Source: Heterodontus francisci (Eukaryota). From it: 64,000 nt of DNA. The stretch covers positions 88,591,257 through 88,655,256 of the forward strand of contig NC_090381.1 in the NCBI RefSeq assembly GCF_036365525.1, written 5' to 3'. Made by a program: the position numbers and the translations under genes. Position 1 is the first letter of the stretch, and the number at the start of each line of letters is the position of its first letter. Positions 48,176 to 61,660 of this stretch are shown piece by piece. Under the pieces are notes generated by a model, which did no database searches, was not told the DNA's origin, and saw only the letters and a list, made by a program, of their open reading frames with translations.

Positions 48176-48661
48176 CAGTTGTTCTCAAAGATTTTTGTCC
48201 ATGGATCACTTTGGCGGGACAAAAGACCCTGTTGATTACCTCCCGGTCCGACATCACCCACTTTCACTTGCCATCACAAAAAAAACCAGAATTAATTGGA
48301 AGAATGGAGAGAATGTGGAAACTCTAAATATTTTGGTGCCTTTTTGCTACCAAATGGAATAAATTCCTGTGCATTAATTTTTTTAATTAAATATAAGTAA
48401 ATGATTAATTCATGTCAGAGAAAAAGCATCAACATTAATATGTGTTATAAAATCATCACAATAATCTTCTGGCATGTGGGAGCCTGTCTGGTTGTGTGAC
48501 GTCACGCGAGTGGTGGGGATGATGGTTCTGGCCTGTTCTCTCATATGGCCTCGGCTGTGGCGGTGCGCATCAATGACTTGCATTTTGGACCAGCCCGTGG
48601 ACCACCTGGAGGATCCTTGCGGATCACCAGTGGTCCACAGACCACACTTTGAGAACCACTG
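48176..48661. mobile_element. hAT (Charlie-like) non-autonomous element
   Basis: TIRs CAGTTGTTCTCAAAG / CTTTGAGAACCACTG; 8-bp flanks CCCTAAGA / CCCTTTGA (6/8 match). Confidence 0.75.
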
Positions 48662-48859
48662 CCCTTTGAGCTCCAAAACAGCATCCGTAACATATGCACC
48701 CCTTTTGAGGTGCATCATGCCAGAAGTTTTATTGGTGAGGCTATTAGCGTGCAATGATTGGCCACATGAGATATGCAGAACATGTAGATCTCGCGTCAAT
48801 CAGGGTCCAACACTGAGTTGATGTCAGTGGTGCCATTTCTAAACACACATTCAGCAACA

Positions 48860-51490
48860 CTCATGCCCAGTGTTTAACCAAATGTAGGTCATGCTTCTGA
48901 GCTGGTAGCTGAGAGTGTGAAATCAAGTGACGGTGCATCTGCATCATCATTGAGTTCTTGTTGTTCCTCCACTTGCCTGGCCACGTTGCATTTTTGAGTA
49001 TCTGAAAGGGGAAAGTCATAAGGTTAAGGTTTGTCTGCGAGGAGGGGGGAAGCAAGATGTGCATGCTTACTCCAACTGCAGCTTATAAATCTGAAGAGAG
49101 TGCGGACGAGAGGGAGGTGGGATGTGAAAAGGAGGATTAGGTTAGAGGGTACCATCAAATTCAATGGTTTCAGTTCCTGCGCTGGCCAGGGCCTCAGCAA
49201 CTGGCTTCTCACTAACGGCCAGCACCATCTCCTTCACAGGGGGTAGAATATGTAGGCTCCTGCTACCTCCAGTTATGCACCACCTAGAACATAGAACATA
49301 GAACAGTACAGCACAGTACAGGCCCTTCGGCCCACAATGATGTGCCAAATCTTTAACCTACTCTAAGATCAAACTAACTACCTATCCCTCATTCTACTAT
49401 CATCCATGTACCTATCCAAGAGTCGCTTAAATGCCCCTAACGTATCTGCTTCTACTACCACCGCTGGCAACACATTCCACGCACCCACCACTCTCTGTGT
49501 AAAGAACTTACCTATGACATCTCCCCGAAACCTTCCTCCAATCACCTTAAAATTATGCCCCCTGGTGATAGCCCTTTCCACCCTGGGAAAAAGTCTCTGA
49601 CTATCCACTCTATCTATGCCTCTCATCATCTTGTACCCCTCTATCAAGTCACCTCTCATCAATCTTCGCTCCAATGAGAAAAGCCCTAGCTCCCTCAATC
49701 TTTCTTCGTCGGACATGCCATCCAGTCCAGGCAGCATCCTGGTAAATCTCCTCTGCACCCTCTCTAAAGCTTCCACATCCTTCCTATAATGAGCTGACCA
49801 GAACTGAACACAATATTCCAAGTGTGGTCGAACCAGGGCCTTATAGAGCTGCAGCATAACCTCGCGGCTCTTAAACTCAATCCCCCTGTTAATGAAAGCC
49901 AACACACCATATGCCTTCTTAACAACCCTATCGACTTGGGTGGCAACTTTGAACAATCTATGGACATGGACCCCAAGATCCCTCTGTTCCTCCACACTAC
50001 CAAGAATCCTGTCTTTAAGCCTGTATTCCACATTCAAATTCGACCTTCCAAAATGAATCACTTCGCACTTTTCCAGGTTGAACTCCATCTGCCACTTCCC
50101 AGCCCAGCTCTGCATCCTGTCAATGTCCCGTTGCAACCTACAACAGCCTTCCACACTATCCACAACTCCAGCAACCTTCGTATCATCGGCAAACTTGCTA
50201 ACCCAGCCTTCCACTTCCTCATCCAAGTCATTTATAAAAATCACAAAGAGCAGAGGTCCCAGAACAGATCCTTGTGGAACACCACTGGTCACCGAGCTCC
50301 ATGCTGAATACTTTCCATCTACTACCACCCTCTGACTTCTATGGGCCAGCCAATTTTGTATCCAGACAGCCAAATTTCCCTGAATCCCATGCCTCCTTAC
50401 TTTCTGAATGAGCCTACCTTATCAAACGCCTTTCTAAAATCCATATATACCACATCCACTGCTCTTCCTTCATCAATGTGTTTTGTCACATCTTCAAAGA
50501 ATTCAATAAGGCTTGCCCCTCACAAAGCCATGCTGACTGTCTCTAATCAAACCATGCTTTTCCAAATAATCATAAATCCTGTCTCTCAGAATCCTCTCCA
50601 ATAATTTGCCCACTACCGACGTAAGACTGACTGGTCTATAATTCCCAGGGTTATCCCTATTCCCTTTCTTGAACAAGGGAACAACATTTGCCACCCTCCA
50701 ATCATCCGGTACTACTCCAGTGGACAGTGAAGACGCAAAGATCATCGTCAAAGGCGCAGCAATCTCTTCCCTCGCTTCCCGTAATATCCTTGGGTATATC
50801 CTGTCTGGCCCCGGGGACTTATCTGTCCTCATATCATTCAAAATTTCCAGCACATCCTCCCTCTTAACCTCAACCTGTTCGAGCATATCAGCCTGTTCCA
50901 CGCTGTCCTCACAAACGACCTGGAAGAGAGAGGTGTGTCAGTGAGTGTTGTGCAATCTGTTTGGGTGATGTAATTGTCATGGTTGAATGTGCGTAAACTA
51001 TGAGGTGTGTGTTTGAGGCTTGCAGCAGTGTGGTGTGTGTGAGGGTGTGCTGAAGCTTATGAATGTTAGGTGTGAGTCCCGATTACTCAAAATGAAGTGA
51101 GTGCTGGGGGTGCAATGAAATGAGCAATCTCTGAGGCCAGTCATGCTGTTGGTAAGTTATGGCATTTGAAGATGTATTCACTGACCTTGAACACTTGTGT
51201 GAGGTCATTCATCTTCTTGTGATACTGTATTGAGGCCCTCCACAGTCAGCTGCTCCCACTGCCTTCTGAGTGTTTGTCTGGAGAGCCTCCCGTAATCCTA
51301 CGGATACAGGATGTCTTCCTCCTTTCCACCTCTTCCACTAAGACCTCCAGTGTGCAGTTAGCACTGGCTGGAAGCTAAAATCATTCAAATCCGCAGCAAC
51401 ACAAAGTTGATGTGCTGCCTGCATTGCAATGAACAGGCACAGAACAATCATGCATTGTGATTCTCACACCCATTTTCAGGGGCTATCCAA
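48860..51490 (-). mobile_element. Harbinger Myb-like gene remnant (same family as 20925-21800), split by CR1
   Basis: Minus strand LEVLVEEVERRK..RKKMNDLTQVFK|gtcagt; homology of 48890-48980 to 21680-21770 and of 50930-51050 to 21080-21215. Confidence 0.6.
49286..50917 (-). mobile_element. Young 5'-truncated CR1 LINE (RT), near-identical to 4127-5780
   Basis: 331-aa uninterrupted RT C-terminal ORF 49378..50373; (ATAGAAC)n tail; ACCT duplicated at 49282-49285 and 50918-50921. Confidence 0.95.
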
Positions 51491-52116
51491 TTTAGCCCCC
51501 ACCATCTCTCTCTCTCTCTCCCCGCAACATTATTTCTGAATTATGAATCAGGCACAATCCAGTATCCTGTGACACAGCGGGCTGAATTTTGGAGGCCTCC
51601 TGCCCAGCAAAAATGTAGGCTGCAACAACCAGAAACAGCTTGAAAGAACTCACCACACTGTTTCCCCTGTGGCCAACACAATACTGCTGGGGTCCTCCAA
51701 ATAGGTGGCCTAGGCAGCCATCTGCAGAGGGCACACGGCTAATTTAAATATTAAACTCAGGATTCTATATTGTCAGTAGGTCCCCAATGACATTTTAGGA
51801 CTAAACTGGGTGAAGCAAGTGCTGTGCAAGCTGCACCTAGTATCTGGGTCAAAGAGGAACCAATGGATAAGTTTTTCTTGATTTCTGTGGGCTGACAGGA
51901 TCACCAGTCTTTCCTTGGGCTTCACAAAACCAACTTGGGCGTCTCCAGCTTTCCTCATCCCCTCCCCTCTACCCAGATCCAAAATTCATTCTGGGGCAAA
52001 ATCTACTACACTGTCAGGGAACCAACATTTCTGCCCTATCAAACCGCTTTCTATTCATGAATTTGTAACACCAGTAGTCAGGGAAATAAACTACTCAACC
52101 ATTCTTGCTGACGTAC

Positions 52117-52317
52117 CTTCATTTCCTGGGCATTTTCTATTCTGTCCAGGCTGAACTTGTATCCATGCTTTCGGTCTTTATTGATGTGATCAACTGCGAG
52201 TTCTGCCACAGCTAGCACTTCTTGCCCATTGCATGCAACTGCGACATAAGAGTCTGATGACATAACCCAAGATGTACATAGCTGCAAACAGACCCCTAAT
52301 GCAAAAAACAACTTCAT
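52117..52317 (-). CDS. AHSG: AHSG-like exon 1 (signal peptide + start of cystatin domain 1)
   Basis: accATG start; MKLFFALGVCLQLCTSWVMS...VACNGQEVLAVAELAVDHINKDRKHGYKFSLDRIENAQEMK; donor AAG|gtacgt. Confidence 0.93.
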
Positions 52318-53154
52318 GGTGTTTGGTAAACTGCACTGACAAAAAATATAAGTTCAGACAGTCTAAAGCTCCAAACTTACTGAGTACAGACTAATGCAGC
52401 ATAGATTACTGGTCACAGAGCATGGAGCTGACAAAACTGGCTGTGAAAGCTCAAGAAGAGAGACTGCATTAAATGTTCTGGGGTTAGGAAGAAATCAATG
52501 AAATTGTCACATGACCCAGAATCAACAATTGCAAAAAAGATTGGACTGATTATGAAATCAAAGATAGGATCAGTCTTACTAGAATCGAAACAAGTGTTGC
52601 AATGAAGGTCACTCTTAGATTCAGAAAATTACAATCCCCAGTAAATGCCCTCACAGGTCATTAATTCAACTAAGTATCCAGACCATGAAAAAAATAGCTT
52701 TCTTAGATATTTTTCAGTTATTTCCTTAATCCTTCCTTCTTTCTATCCTCATTTTGTAAAGTATTATTTTATCTTTATGTTTCCCCGGCACCACACAATA
52801 GCCCAAATATTGCAGTCAGCGGCAAAGTGACATCATCACTGCTGACCTCAAAGAAAACTGCCCACAAAGAGCTAATGATCTTAGTGGTGGGAATTTCCCC
52901 TTTCCTGAAATTAATTTGAATCTGGCACCAAGTCAAACGGATCTCCAGGCTTCTAGCAACACTGATGTCATCAAGCAGGGTAAGCAACCAATTTCATTGA
53001 AGAATTCTTACAGACATCAAAGCAGGAAGTACTGTTTGTAATATTAGCTGTTCCTTTGGTGTGTTATCTGTTGTAAGACTCATAGGACTATAAGTAATAT
53101 CCAAAGTAAACGTGGGTTTTATTATACTTTAACTGGGACATATATATGAGACAT

Positions 53155-53590
53155 ATATATGTCTTATGAGGAAAGGTTTGACGGGATAGGCTTGTATCTG
53201 CTGGAGTTTAGAAGAGTAAGAGGCTACTTGATTGAAACATTTAAGATCCTGAGGGGTCTTAACAGGGTGGATGCGGAAAAGATGTTTCCCTTTGTAGGAG
53301 AATCTAGAACTAGGGGTCACTATTTAAAAATAAGGGGTGGCAGAGATGAGGAGAATTTTTTTCTCTCAGAAGGTTATGAGTCTCTTCCTCAAAAGGTAGT
53401 GGAAGCAGAGTCTTTAAATATTTTAAGACAGAGGTAGATAGATTCTTGATAATCAAGGGGTGAAAGGTTATTGGGGATAGGCAGGAATGTGGATTCAAGG
53501 TTACAATCAAATCAGCCATGAACTTATTGAATGGCAGAGTAATGTCAAGGGGCCGAGTGGCCAACTCCTGCTGCTAATTTGTCTGTTCAT
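53155..53590 (+). mobile_element. CR1 3' fragment
   Basis: SYEERFDGIGLYLLEFRRVRGYLIETFKILRGLNRVDAEKMFP. Confidence 0.85.
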
Positions 53591-55149
53591 ATATATATAT
53601 ATATAAACAGTTACTGCGCGAGCTACATCTAAACACATCTTGCTCTGTCAGGCTGCAGTCACAACTGACTGGTCATGTATGACACAACATCACTTCCTCT
53701 AGTGATCTTCACTTACAGCTCTTTCAGGTCACAACACTGATTATCCCACACTCTCTATACATTTTACAGAGAGTAAAATAAAGATTGGGACATTACACAT
53801 TAGAAGCTGAAATATCATAATCATACTTTAAAAAATGTTATTGTTATATTAAAATAACTATGAATTTTTTTTTATCATAATGGAAAAATTTGACATTACA
53901 TAAATATAAAATTCATTTACCAGGGTCATGGAGGTTTTTTAGCTGTATTTATGACTTAATATGCCATTACATACCCAGTTACATCTCATATACACCGTGT
54001 AACTCTGTCAGGGATTTTTAACAGTGATATGACAGCGGAAAAGGGGAAGTTTTCAGCAGTTTTTCTAGTTGATTGCCATCTGTGGGGCTTCAAAAGTACA
54101 CCCTATGGAGAAGCGTAGGATCACTGACAGCAGATTCTAGATTTCTGCATTTAACTGTGCATGTGCATATGCCAGAAATTGTTGTCAGTTCCACAGGGTA
54201 ATGATGGCAAATGCTGACAGTTTTCCCATCATTGCAACCGCAAAATCTGTTCTCTAGTTCTCTGCTTAACTGATGACTAGATGATCCCCTACCAGCCTTT
54301 GCCTATTGCTGCTCTTGAGGCAACCAGTAGGATATAAATGAACATGGGACAGATTAACTTGTTTGCCATTTAAGGAAGCACTTCGTTATCATCAGAACTT
54401 GTTCTGGGAGAGTCATGGTGAGAAAAGGGGACCTGATGTCCTACCGTGTAACAAGCAGAACAGCTGGAGCCATGGGAGCCAGTTGAAACTGTGCAAAAAT
54501 ATAATAAAATGTTAGTGAATAACATTCCATACACAATTTTATTGCATGCTGTGCTGTTATTCAAATTAACTGCAAATAGTAATGAAACTTGAAAGATTGT
54601 TAAAATAATCTGGTCAAAACTAAACACAGCCACCAAAGGGTTGGAGTTGCACTTTCAATTATTTGTTAGAGTTATTAGTACAAGAGCATGGCCAGATTTA
54701 GATCATTGCAGTTTAAGTTGACCTGTTCTTCCTTTTTTTCATAAGTGGCAGCACAATATATTTCTCCCACCATCAGTTTCTCATCAACATAAATGAAGAA
54801 ATAGTTCCTTTCTGTGCTGAGTGAGCTCATTGGGAAGTGTCCTCATCCTCAGAATGAGAATCAAACACTCAAGTTTTGTACAATGTGGGTAAATAAAGGG
54901 TAAATAGCTATTTACTTTTCTATCACAGTTTACCTTTATCCGAACAGCAGCAGAGTTCTCCTTCTGCAGTGCTCCTCTGTGGCATTTACTTTGCCCTCAC
55001 AAGTCTCAGTGAAGGGGGCTGCCTAATTAGTGCCATGTTTAGCAAGGTCTTATGTTGTCTCATGCAAAGTAAGAGCTGGATTGAAATTCCAAGAACCTTG
55101 CACTTAATTACAACATGAAACAGGTAACATATTTAAAGAATGAAACAAA

Positions 55150-55450
55150 GTACATTAATTTAATGCATGTCACATCCTCAGGACATCGCAAAGTGTTTCA
55201 CAACCAATTAATTACTTTTGAAGTAGCCACTGTTACAATGCAGGAAACACAGCAACCAATTTGTGTACATCAAGGTGCCAGAAGCATCAATGACATAAAT
55301 GGCCAGATAATCTGTTTTTGGTTCTGTTGGCGGAGGGATAAATCTTGGCCAGAACAATAAGAGAATCCTTTGCTCTTCAAGTAGTGCTACAGTATTTTTA
55401 TGTCTACCGGAGAGGTAGATGGAGCCTCGGTCAAACATCTTATCCAAAAA
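55150..55450 (-). mobile_element. Deu-domain SINE, degenerate
   Basis: Reverse complement homologous to 10290-10530. Confidence 0.55.
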
Positions 55451-56119
55451 TGTTGTTTGAAATTCCTTCCTCCACTATATTTGCAGAGGCATTAACCTAT
55501 TTAAAATAAGCAAGCTAACACTCAAATAGCAGAAGAAGCATTTTCAAACAAATGCATTAAGTATTCATATGTTAGTATCCCAAAATTTAATTTTACAGAC
55601 AACAAATAGAGGAAACGTCCATCAATTACTTTGAGTTGGATTCAACCAGTAGGTAGAGGAAACTTCCATATGTACAGTCTGGCTTGAATTCATGCATCGT
55701 GCTTCGGTGTTCTAAGTAGATGTGTCATCCACAGTTGCACTTGATGGTTACACATTACACTTTAACTAAATAATCAATTCCAAATTTTACAGAACAAGAA
55801 GCTATTTGCAGTTTACTTCTAAAATTCTGCTAGTTTTGCAAAAGGAAAGCATCTCATGAGTAGTGAAAATAATTAGAGTTTGATAGAAGTTGCCATTAAC
55901 TGCTTGCCAAAGGCAAGTCACAGATATCTCTCATTATCTCTCTGGTCCTACTAAACAATATAACAGAATAGATTTTTTTAAATAAAGACCTATGGGAGAA
56001 TTTCCAGACTCCAAGTAAATTACTGTCCATTAACATTGATCAAAAAATTATGCTTCAGGCACTATGGGTGCATTTAAAACATAACTTCAAAATGTTTTTT
56101 CTGCATTCATAGGGCCTTC

Positions 56120-56350
56120 CATGCCTGCATGGAAACAACACCACCTTCAAGATCCCCCCAAGTCACACACCATTCTGAGTTGGAAATATATCCCTGTTCC
56201 TTCATCGTCACTTGGTCAAAACCCTGAAACTCTCTACCTAACAGCTCCGTGGGTGCACCTAAATGGACTGCAGCAGTTCAAGAAAGTTGCTCGAGGGCAA
56301 TTAGGCATAAACAATAAATGCTGGCCTTGCCTACTTCACATGAACAACTA
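56120..56350 (+). mobile_element. Degenerate HER1 3' fragment
   Basis: caagtcacacaccattctgagttgga..gagggcaattagg..caataaatgctggcct. Confidence 0.7.
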
Positions 56351-57649
56351 AAACAAAATAATTATAGTTGCAGCTTTAGAGTGATGGCAGTCCTAAGAGA
56401 AGAGATGTGATGGCCTCTGGAAGTGATAGTCTTACACTGCTTGGATCTAACATTGAGCAGTATAACTCCTTGGACCTCTGGCACTTCTTAAACATATGTC
56501 TCCAAACAATGAATCTGAACTGATCGGAGAAGAGTTCTGTCATGCACACAAGGGCAGAGTTCCTACTTGGGTAAGGGAACTGCAATATCAATTGTATATT
56601 ATAAATGAATTACTGCCAGCTAAGTCCCATACTGCAGTTACCAGTCTCAGGTCAGTATTTTCAGGAAAAATGTAGCATAAGGATATTTGTAATGGTAATA
56701 AGACATTGTATTTTTATGTTGGTTAAACACAATGGTAAATGATTATTTCCAGTGTACTGAATTAACTAGTTACTTTGAGAGTGAATCATATTGAGATATT
56801 TTTCAATCAGTGACATGGAGTTCCAAATGCTTAAGGTTTTTATACTGTAGCCCTCTATGCATTATTTCTCGAGAAGCATTAATCCATTTAAAATAAATAG
56901 GTTAATGCCCGTCTGAAAATGGGGGGCACAGAGGAAAGTAATCCAAGTGCATAAAACTTTTTTTTTATTGGAAAATATATTCTAATAACTTTAGTTCAGC
57001 TTGCCATAATCAAGTATTCTTATATCTTTACACCATGAGAATTATACGCTACAATTCAGAGTTTATCACTACTCAGAACCTTGACAAAGTTCAGTTTCTT
57101 TTCTCTTACATCATTACTGAATTTGTAATATAACATGTAGATTAAAACTTTAATATTGTGAAGCAATATGTATGTTTTCCCACACTACAGTACTGTCCAA
57201 TATGCATTACACATTTATTAGGTTTACAAAATGCAATTGCATGGTTCTGGATGAACATTTAGAAAAGGTTTGCAACATTTGCACAGAAAATTATTTATGT
57301 TTTGATGAGCACAGGACAGGGCAACATCTATACAGGTATATGAATACTGCAGCAACACTCAAGAAGCTTGTGAACAGCCAACCCCCTCTTGTGATACTGG
57401 CCCTTAGGCTGCACCTAAAGAAAACAGTGGTATAGCAGAAAGAAAGGTACAAGTAGAACTAGGAGAAGCAGAGTGTTAGGAAAAACAAGGTTGGTTTTGT
57501 GTTAACTTTAAACTTTGTTTCAATATAACGTACACTCATGTTGCTCTTCATTATTCATGGCAGGAAAGAATGCACTTATCTTAGTGCTGATTTATTCAAT
57601 CAGAAATTGACTATTGGCACACTCATGTTGAGGCAAAGGGGGCTGATGT

Positions 57650-58900
57650 GTTCTCATGTTTTTGGATGGGCAGTGGAATGTGGGAATGTCCCTTTATTTG
57701 AAAGTGGGGAGAAATATGTAGGGCTCTGGTGCCAAATGTAGACTATGTAAACATAAGAAAATATTTCAGTGATGAGATGTGCACTTGATGTCCTTGCAAC
57801 AGTCACTGAGATGTGCTCTGAGCACTGGTCATCATGATGGTCTCTTTTACTTAGTTCTGCCTCCAAAGGAGCTAGTGTCACCTCCACAGGAGTGTTGTGG
57901 ACCAGAGCTGAATGGCCTACTTCTGTTCCTATGTCCAAATCCAAGTCTTTTTGTTTGGTAAAGTTGTACAAAGTGCAGCAGTCTACAACTATGTGGACAC
58001 AGGAGCTGAAGCATACCACAGAATCCATCTTGATCTGTCCACAGAGCATAAGCATGCCTTTAAGATACCAATCATTCTCTCAATGACCATTCTTGTAAAT
58101 GTATGTCCCTCGATGAAGCACAGCTGTGCTGCAGTTTGGCCACTCTTAGTGAGGTCATTATCCATGGGAGCGGGGGGGTAAGCTTTATCGCCAAATGCCA
58201 TCCATTGATCTGATGTGTTTTCCCTCAACAGGCCAGCGTGGGCAGAAATTTGAGGGATAACTCATTTCCTCACGTATATCTCACTTTGACATGCAGAATA
58301 TTTTGCATTTTGTCACACATAATCTATGCATTCACATTCAAGGGGTGGAAATATTTCTTGTGAAGGAAGATGAGATGGTTTTATGTAGTAGTGGATTAAA
58401 CAGGGTGGCTGTTTGCACCTTGGAAAAACCAGCAACCCTTTGAAACTGGGTAGCCTTATCTCATTGCTGTCTTACTGTGATGCTAAAGATAATGAATCCC
58501 CAGCTCTCCTGTAAAATGCATCAGTGACCTGATAAATGCAAAACCATAATGTACCTTGGCTGATATTCCAGAGATTTGCCTGTGTCTAACATGAGCTTGG
58601 GCAAGGAGGTGGGGTGCATGCATCACCTTCATATCCATAGAGAGAGCAGTAATAGCTCTGGCTGCAGTTCGTCATGCAGTAGGTGGAAGAGCTGTCTAAT
58701 TGCCTCTTTGGAGAAGTGCAGTCTCTTATACTCAGTAAGCTTCTCATATGGCCTGTGTTTCTGTATGTTCTATGTGAGGGAATAATATCTGGTGGGATCC
58801 ACCTTCCTTAAATGATGCCTGACTCTGCTTTGCTCCATTCTGTGCTGCTCCACCTCCTCCACCATAACAACAGCATACAAGAGTATGTCCAATAGGAATG
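57650..58900 (-). mobile_element. Degenerate Harbinger transposase
   Basis: GDKAYP..TRMVIERMIGILK (57989..58228), HIVVDCCTLYNF (57654..58055). Confidence 0.65.
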
Positions 58901-59419
58901 CCATTCCTACTCCTGCCAAGCCCTCACTGTAAGCGGGAAGTATGAGAGGGGAAGATCTACCAGTGGTCTGACCCTGTAAGAAGCAATGAAAACAAGTCCA
59001 GCTCTGTGCAGGCAGAACTCAAGAAAAACTTTGCAAAATGTTGCAGAAATCGATAGTGAAACACTCCACACACAGCAGATTAATAGGCTACTCATTTCCA
59101 CCTGTCTCTGCCGATCCTGGCAAAAGCTACACCTTATAATTCTGAGCCTAACTGACCCTAAATACTTTACCTGAGTAAAACCAGGAAACTTTAAGCCATA
59201 GTGTCCCATCCTTCCTTGTAATGTATGTAAGTGAGCTTACTCAAAACTCAAAGGACTACAAGAAGAACCAAAAAACACAAAGGAATTTCGGTGGATAGAT
59301 TTTCAGGTGGAAAACACATGTAAATGACTTCTGTCTATTTTGCTGTCAAAAAATCCAGTCTTGAATATACTTTGTTATTACGTCAAAAAAGATGTGAACT
59401 TACCAGTACAATTCCTTTC

Positions 59420-61530
59420 TCATAGAATGATAGAATACAACAAATAGAAGGAGGCCATTTGGCCTATTGTGCCTGTGCTGGCTCTTTGGTAGAGCTTTCC
59501 AATTAGTCCCACTTCTCCACTCAGCCCTGAAAATGTTTCCCTTTGATTATTCATCCAACTCCCTTTTGAAATTTACTATGTAATCTGCTTCCACCACCTT
59601 ATCAGGTAGCAAATTCCAGATCACAAGAACCCATTGTCTAAAACAAATTTCCTCATGTTGCCTTTGGTTCATTTGTCAAACACCTTAAATCTGTGTCCTC
59701 TGGTTGCCGACTCTGCTGTCAGTAGAAACAGTTTCTGCAGACAGATTTTCTGCTCGAAGGAGAACAACCCCAGCTTCTCCAGTCTCTCCACATAACTGAA
59801 GTCCCTTATCCCTGACACCATTCTAGTAAATCTCTGCAACCTCTCTAAGGCCTTGACGTCCTTCTTAAAGTGTGATGTCCAGAATGGAACACAATACTCT
59901 AGCTGAGACCTAACTAGTGTTTTATAAAGGTTTAACATAACTTTCTTGTTTTTGTTCTCTATGCGTCTATTAATAACCAAGCAACACATATGTATTTTGT
60001 TTCAACAGTCTTCTCATCTTGTCCTTTCAACTTCAAGGATTTGTGTGCATATATCTGCAAAATCTCTGTTCCTGCATCTCCATTAAAATTGTATCATTTA
60101 GTTTATATTTCCTTTCTTCAGTCTTCCTACCAAAATGGATCACCTCACATTTCTCTGCATTAAATTTTATCTGTCATATGTCTGCCCATTTCACCAGTCT
60201 ATGTCCTCCTGAAATAAAAACAGAAAATGCTGGAAATACTCAGCAAGTCTGACAGCATCAGTGTAGAGAGAAACAGAGTCAACAGCTGGAATTTTATAAG
60301 CCCTATAAGGGACATGAATGGAGGCAGGGGGGACCCATAAAATTGCAAGGGAAGGCAGGGCTTTGAATGCCATCGCCTGCCCAACACCATAGAATTTAAA
60401 GGGTGGGGAAGGCCAAGGACAGCCTTCCTGCCCAAAGGCTAATTGAGGCCTTTAAGTGGCCAATTAATGGCTACTTAAGGGCAGCTTCATACCTCCATTC
60501 CTATTTCACTAACGTCGGAGGGGTCCACCACTGCATGGAGGCACAGCCGGGTGGCATGGCCCCCCAGCAGATATGGGGGGAGGGGGTCTCCATGGCCCAC
60601 GGAGGGCCTCCCCAGCAGCAATGGCCGCCTCTGCTGCAAGACTACCCCTGCCCTCCAGCCTCCACCCCCACCCCACTTGCTGCAGCCTGCCTGATTGGCC
60701 CCTGTGACCCCAACCCCGCTTACCTGGTTTCCGGGCTCTCCTCCATGTTTGCGACTGCAGGCCTCCAGCAGTACCAGCAATGGCCACCGTTCCCAGTGGC
60801 GCTACTGGCATTGCTGAGCTGCTGGCCCTCTGATTTGCGGTAGCTCTGGAGGCTAAGATTGTCCCCTTAATGGACAGTGCCCCCCGATGGCGGACAGTTA
60901 ATTGGCAGGGTCGGCCCCACCCCCCACCTTGCCGAGACCCCCACTGTTAGGTAAACTCCAGCCTAATATTTCAGGTTGTTAGCCTTTCGGCAGAACTGGA
61001 AAGAGTTAGAGATGTAGCAGGTTTCAAGCAAGTGCAGAGGTAGTAAAAGTTGGGAGGAGAGAAAAGAACAAATAGGAAGGTCTGTGTTAGGGTCGAAGGC
61101 AGGAGAGATTAAATGGCAAAAGGGATGATGACGCAAGGCAAAAGGGGTGGTAATGGGACAATAAAAGAAACAAAAAAAGTATCTATATGAGCTGAAAATG
61201 ACAACAGCAGAATCATTTCCAGCAACTGCTCTTTGAAAAAATGGGAGAAGTGGTTATGATCAGAATTTTTTGTTTTTATTTCAGATTTGCAGCATTTACA
61301 GTATTTTGCTTTTGTATTCCCTCCTGAAGTCCGTCACTATTCTCTTGATAGTCTACAACATTTCCAAGTTTTGTCTCTGAAAAATTTGAAATTAAGTCCT
61401 GTATACCCAAGTCCTGATCCTTAATATCTTAATGTATCTAAAAGAGTGGTCCTAATACTGACCCCCCACAACCCTGGGAACCACTACTAAATACATCTCT
61501 CCAGTCTAAAAAAAACTATTCACCACTATG
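59420..61530 (-). mobile_element. CR1 fragment (59420-60213, 61320-61530) interrupted by a Penelope-like piece (60214-61319) that carries a MITE (about 60285-60963)
   Basis: LYKTLVRSQLEYCVPFW (59669..59989); CCTCCTGAA repeated at 60205-60213 and 61320-61328; MITE ends gctggaattttat / gtaaactccagc. Confidence 0.75.
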
Positions 61531-61660
61531 AATGTAGGAATAGGTGTTTGAGGAAAGAGAAGAGACTGTAAGCATTTCTGTCATACTGTCATCAAGCTCA
61601 AGTGATGCATGACAAGTTTCAAACTGACTTATGCCACAAATATCATGTGACTGCAGAAAC

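Larger units (their letters stand above)
29900..52317 (-). other. AHSG: Gene span (start to stop codon): fetuin-A / alpha-2-HS-glycoprotein-like, 7 coding exons, 1095 nt CDS, 364 aa
   Basis: Seven GT-AG-bounded exons (201,111,88,167,96,87,345 nt; intron phases 0,0,1,0,0,0) join into one ORF: signal peptide, two cystatin domains and a C-terminal tail. It has 12 fetuin-pattern Cys and the motifs VEGDC, DSAEDV..CPDCP and a terminal CP, all typical of fetuin-A. Orthology to AHSG rather than another fetuin needs a tree. Confidence 0.8.
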
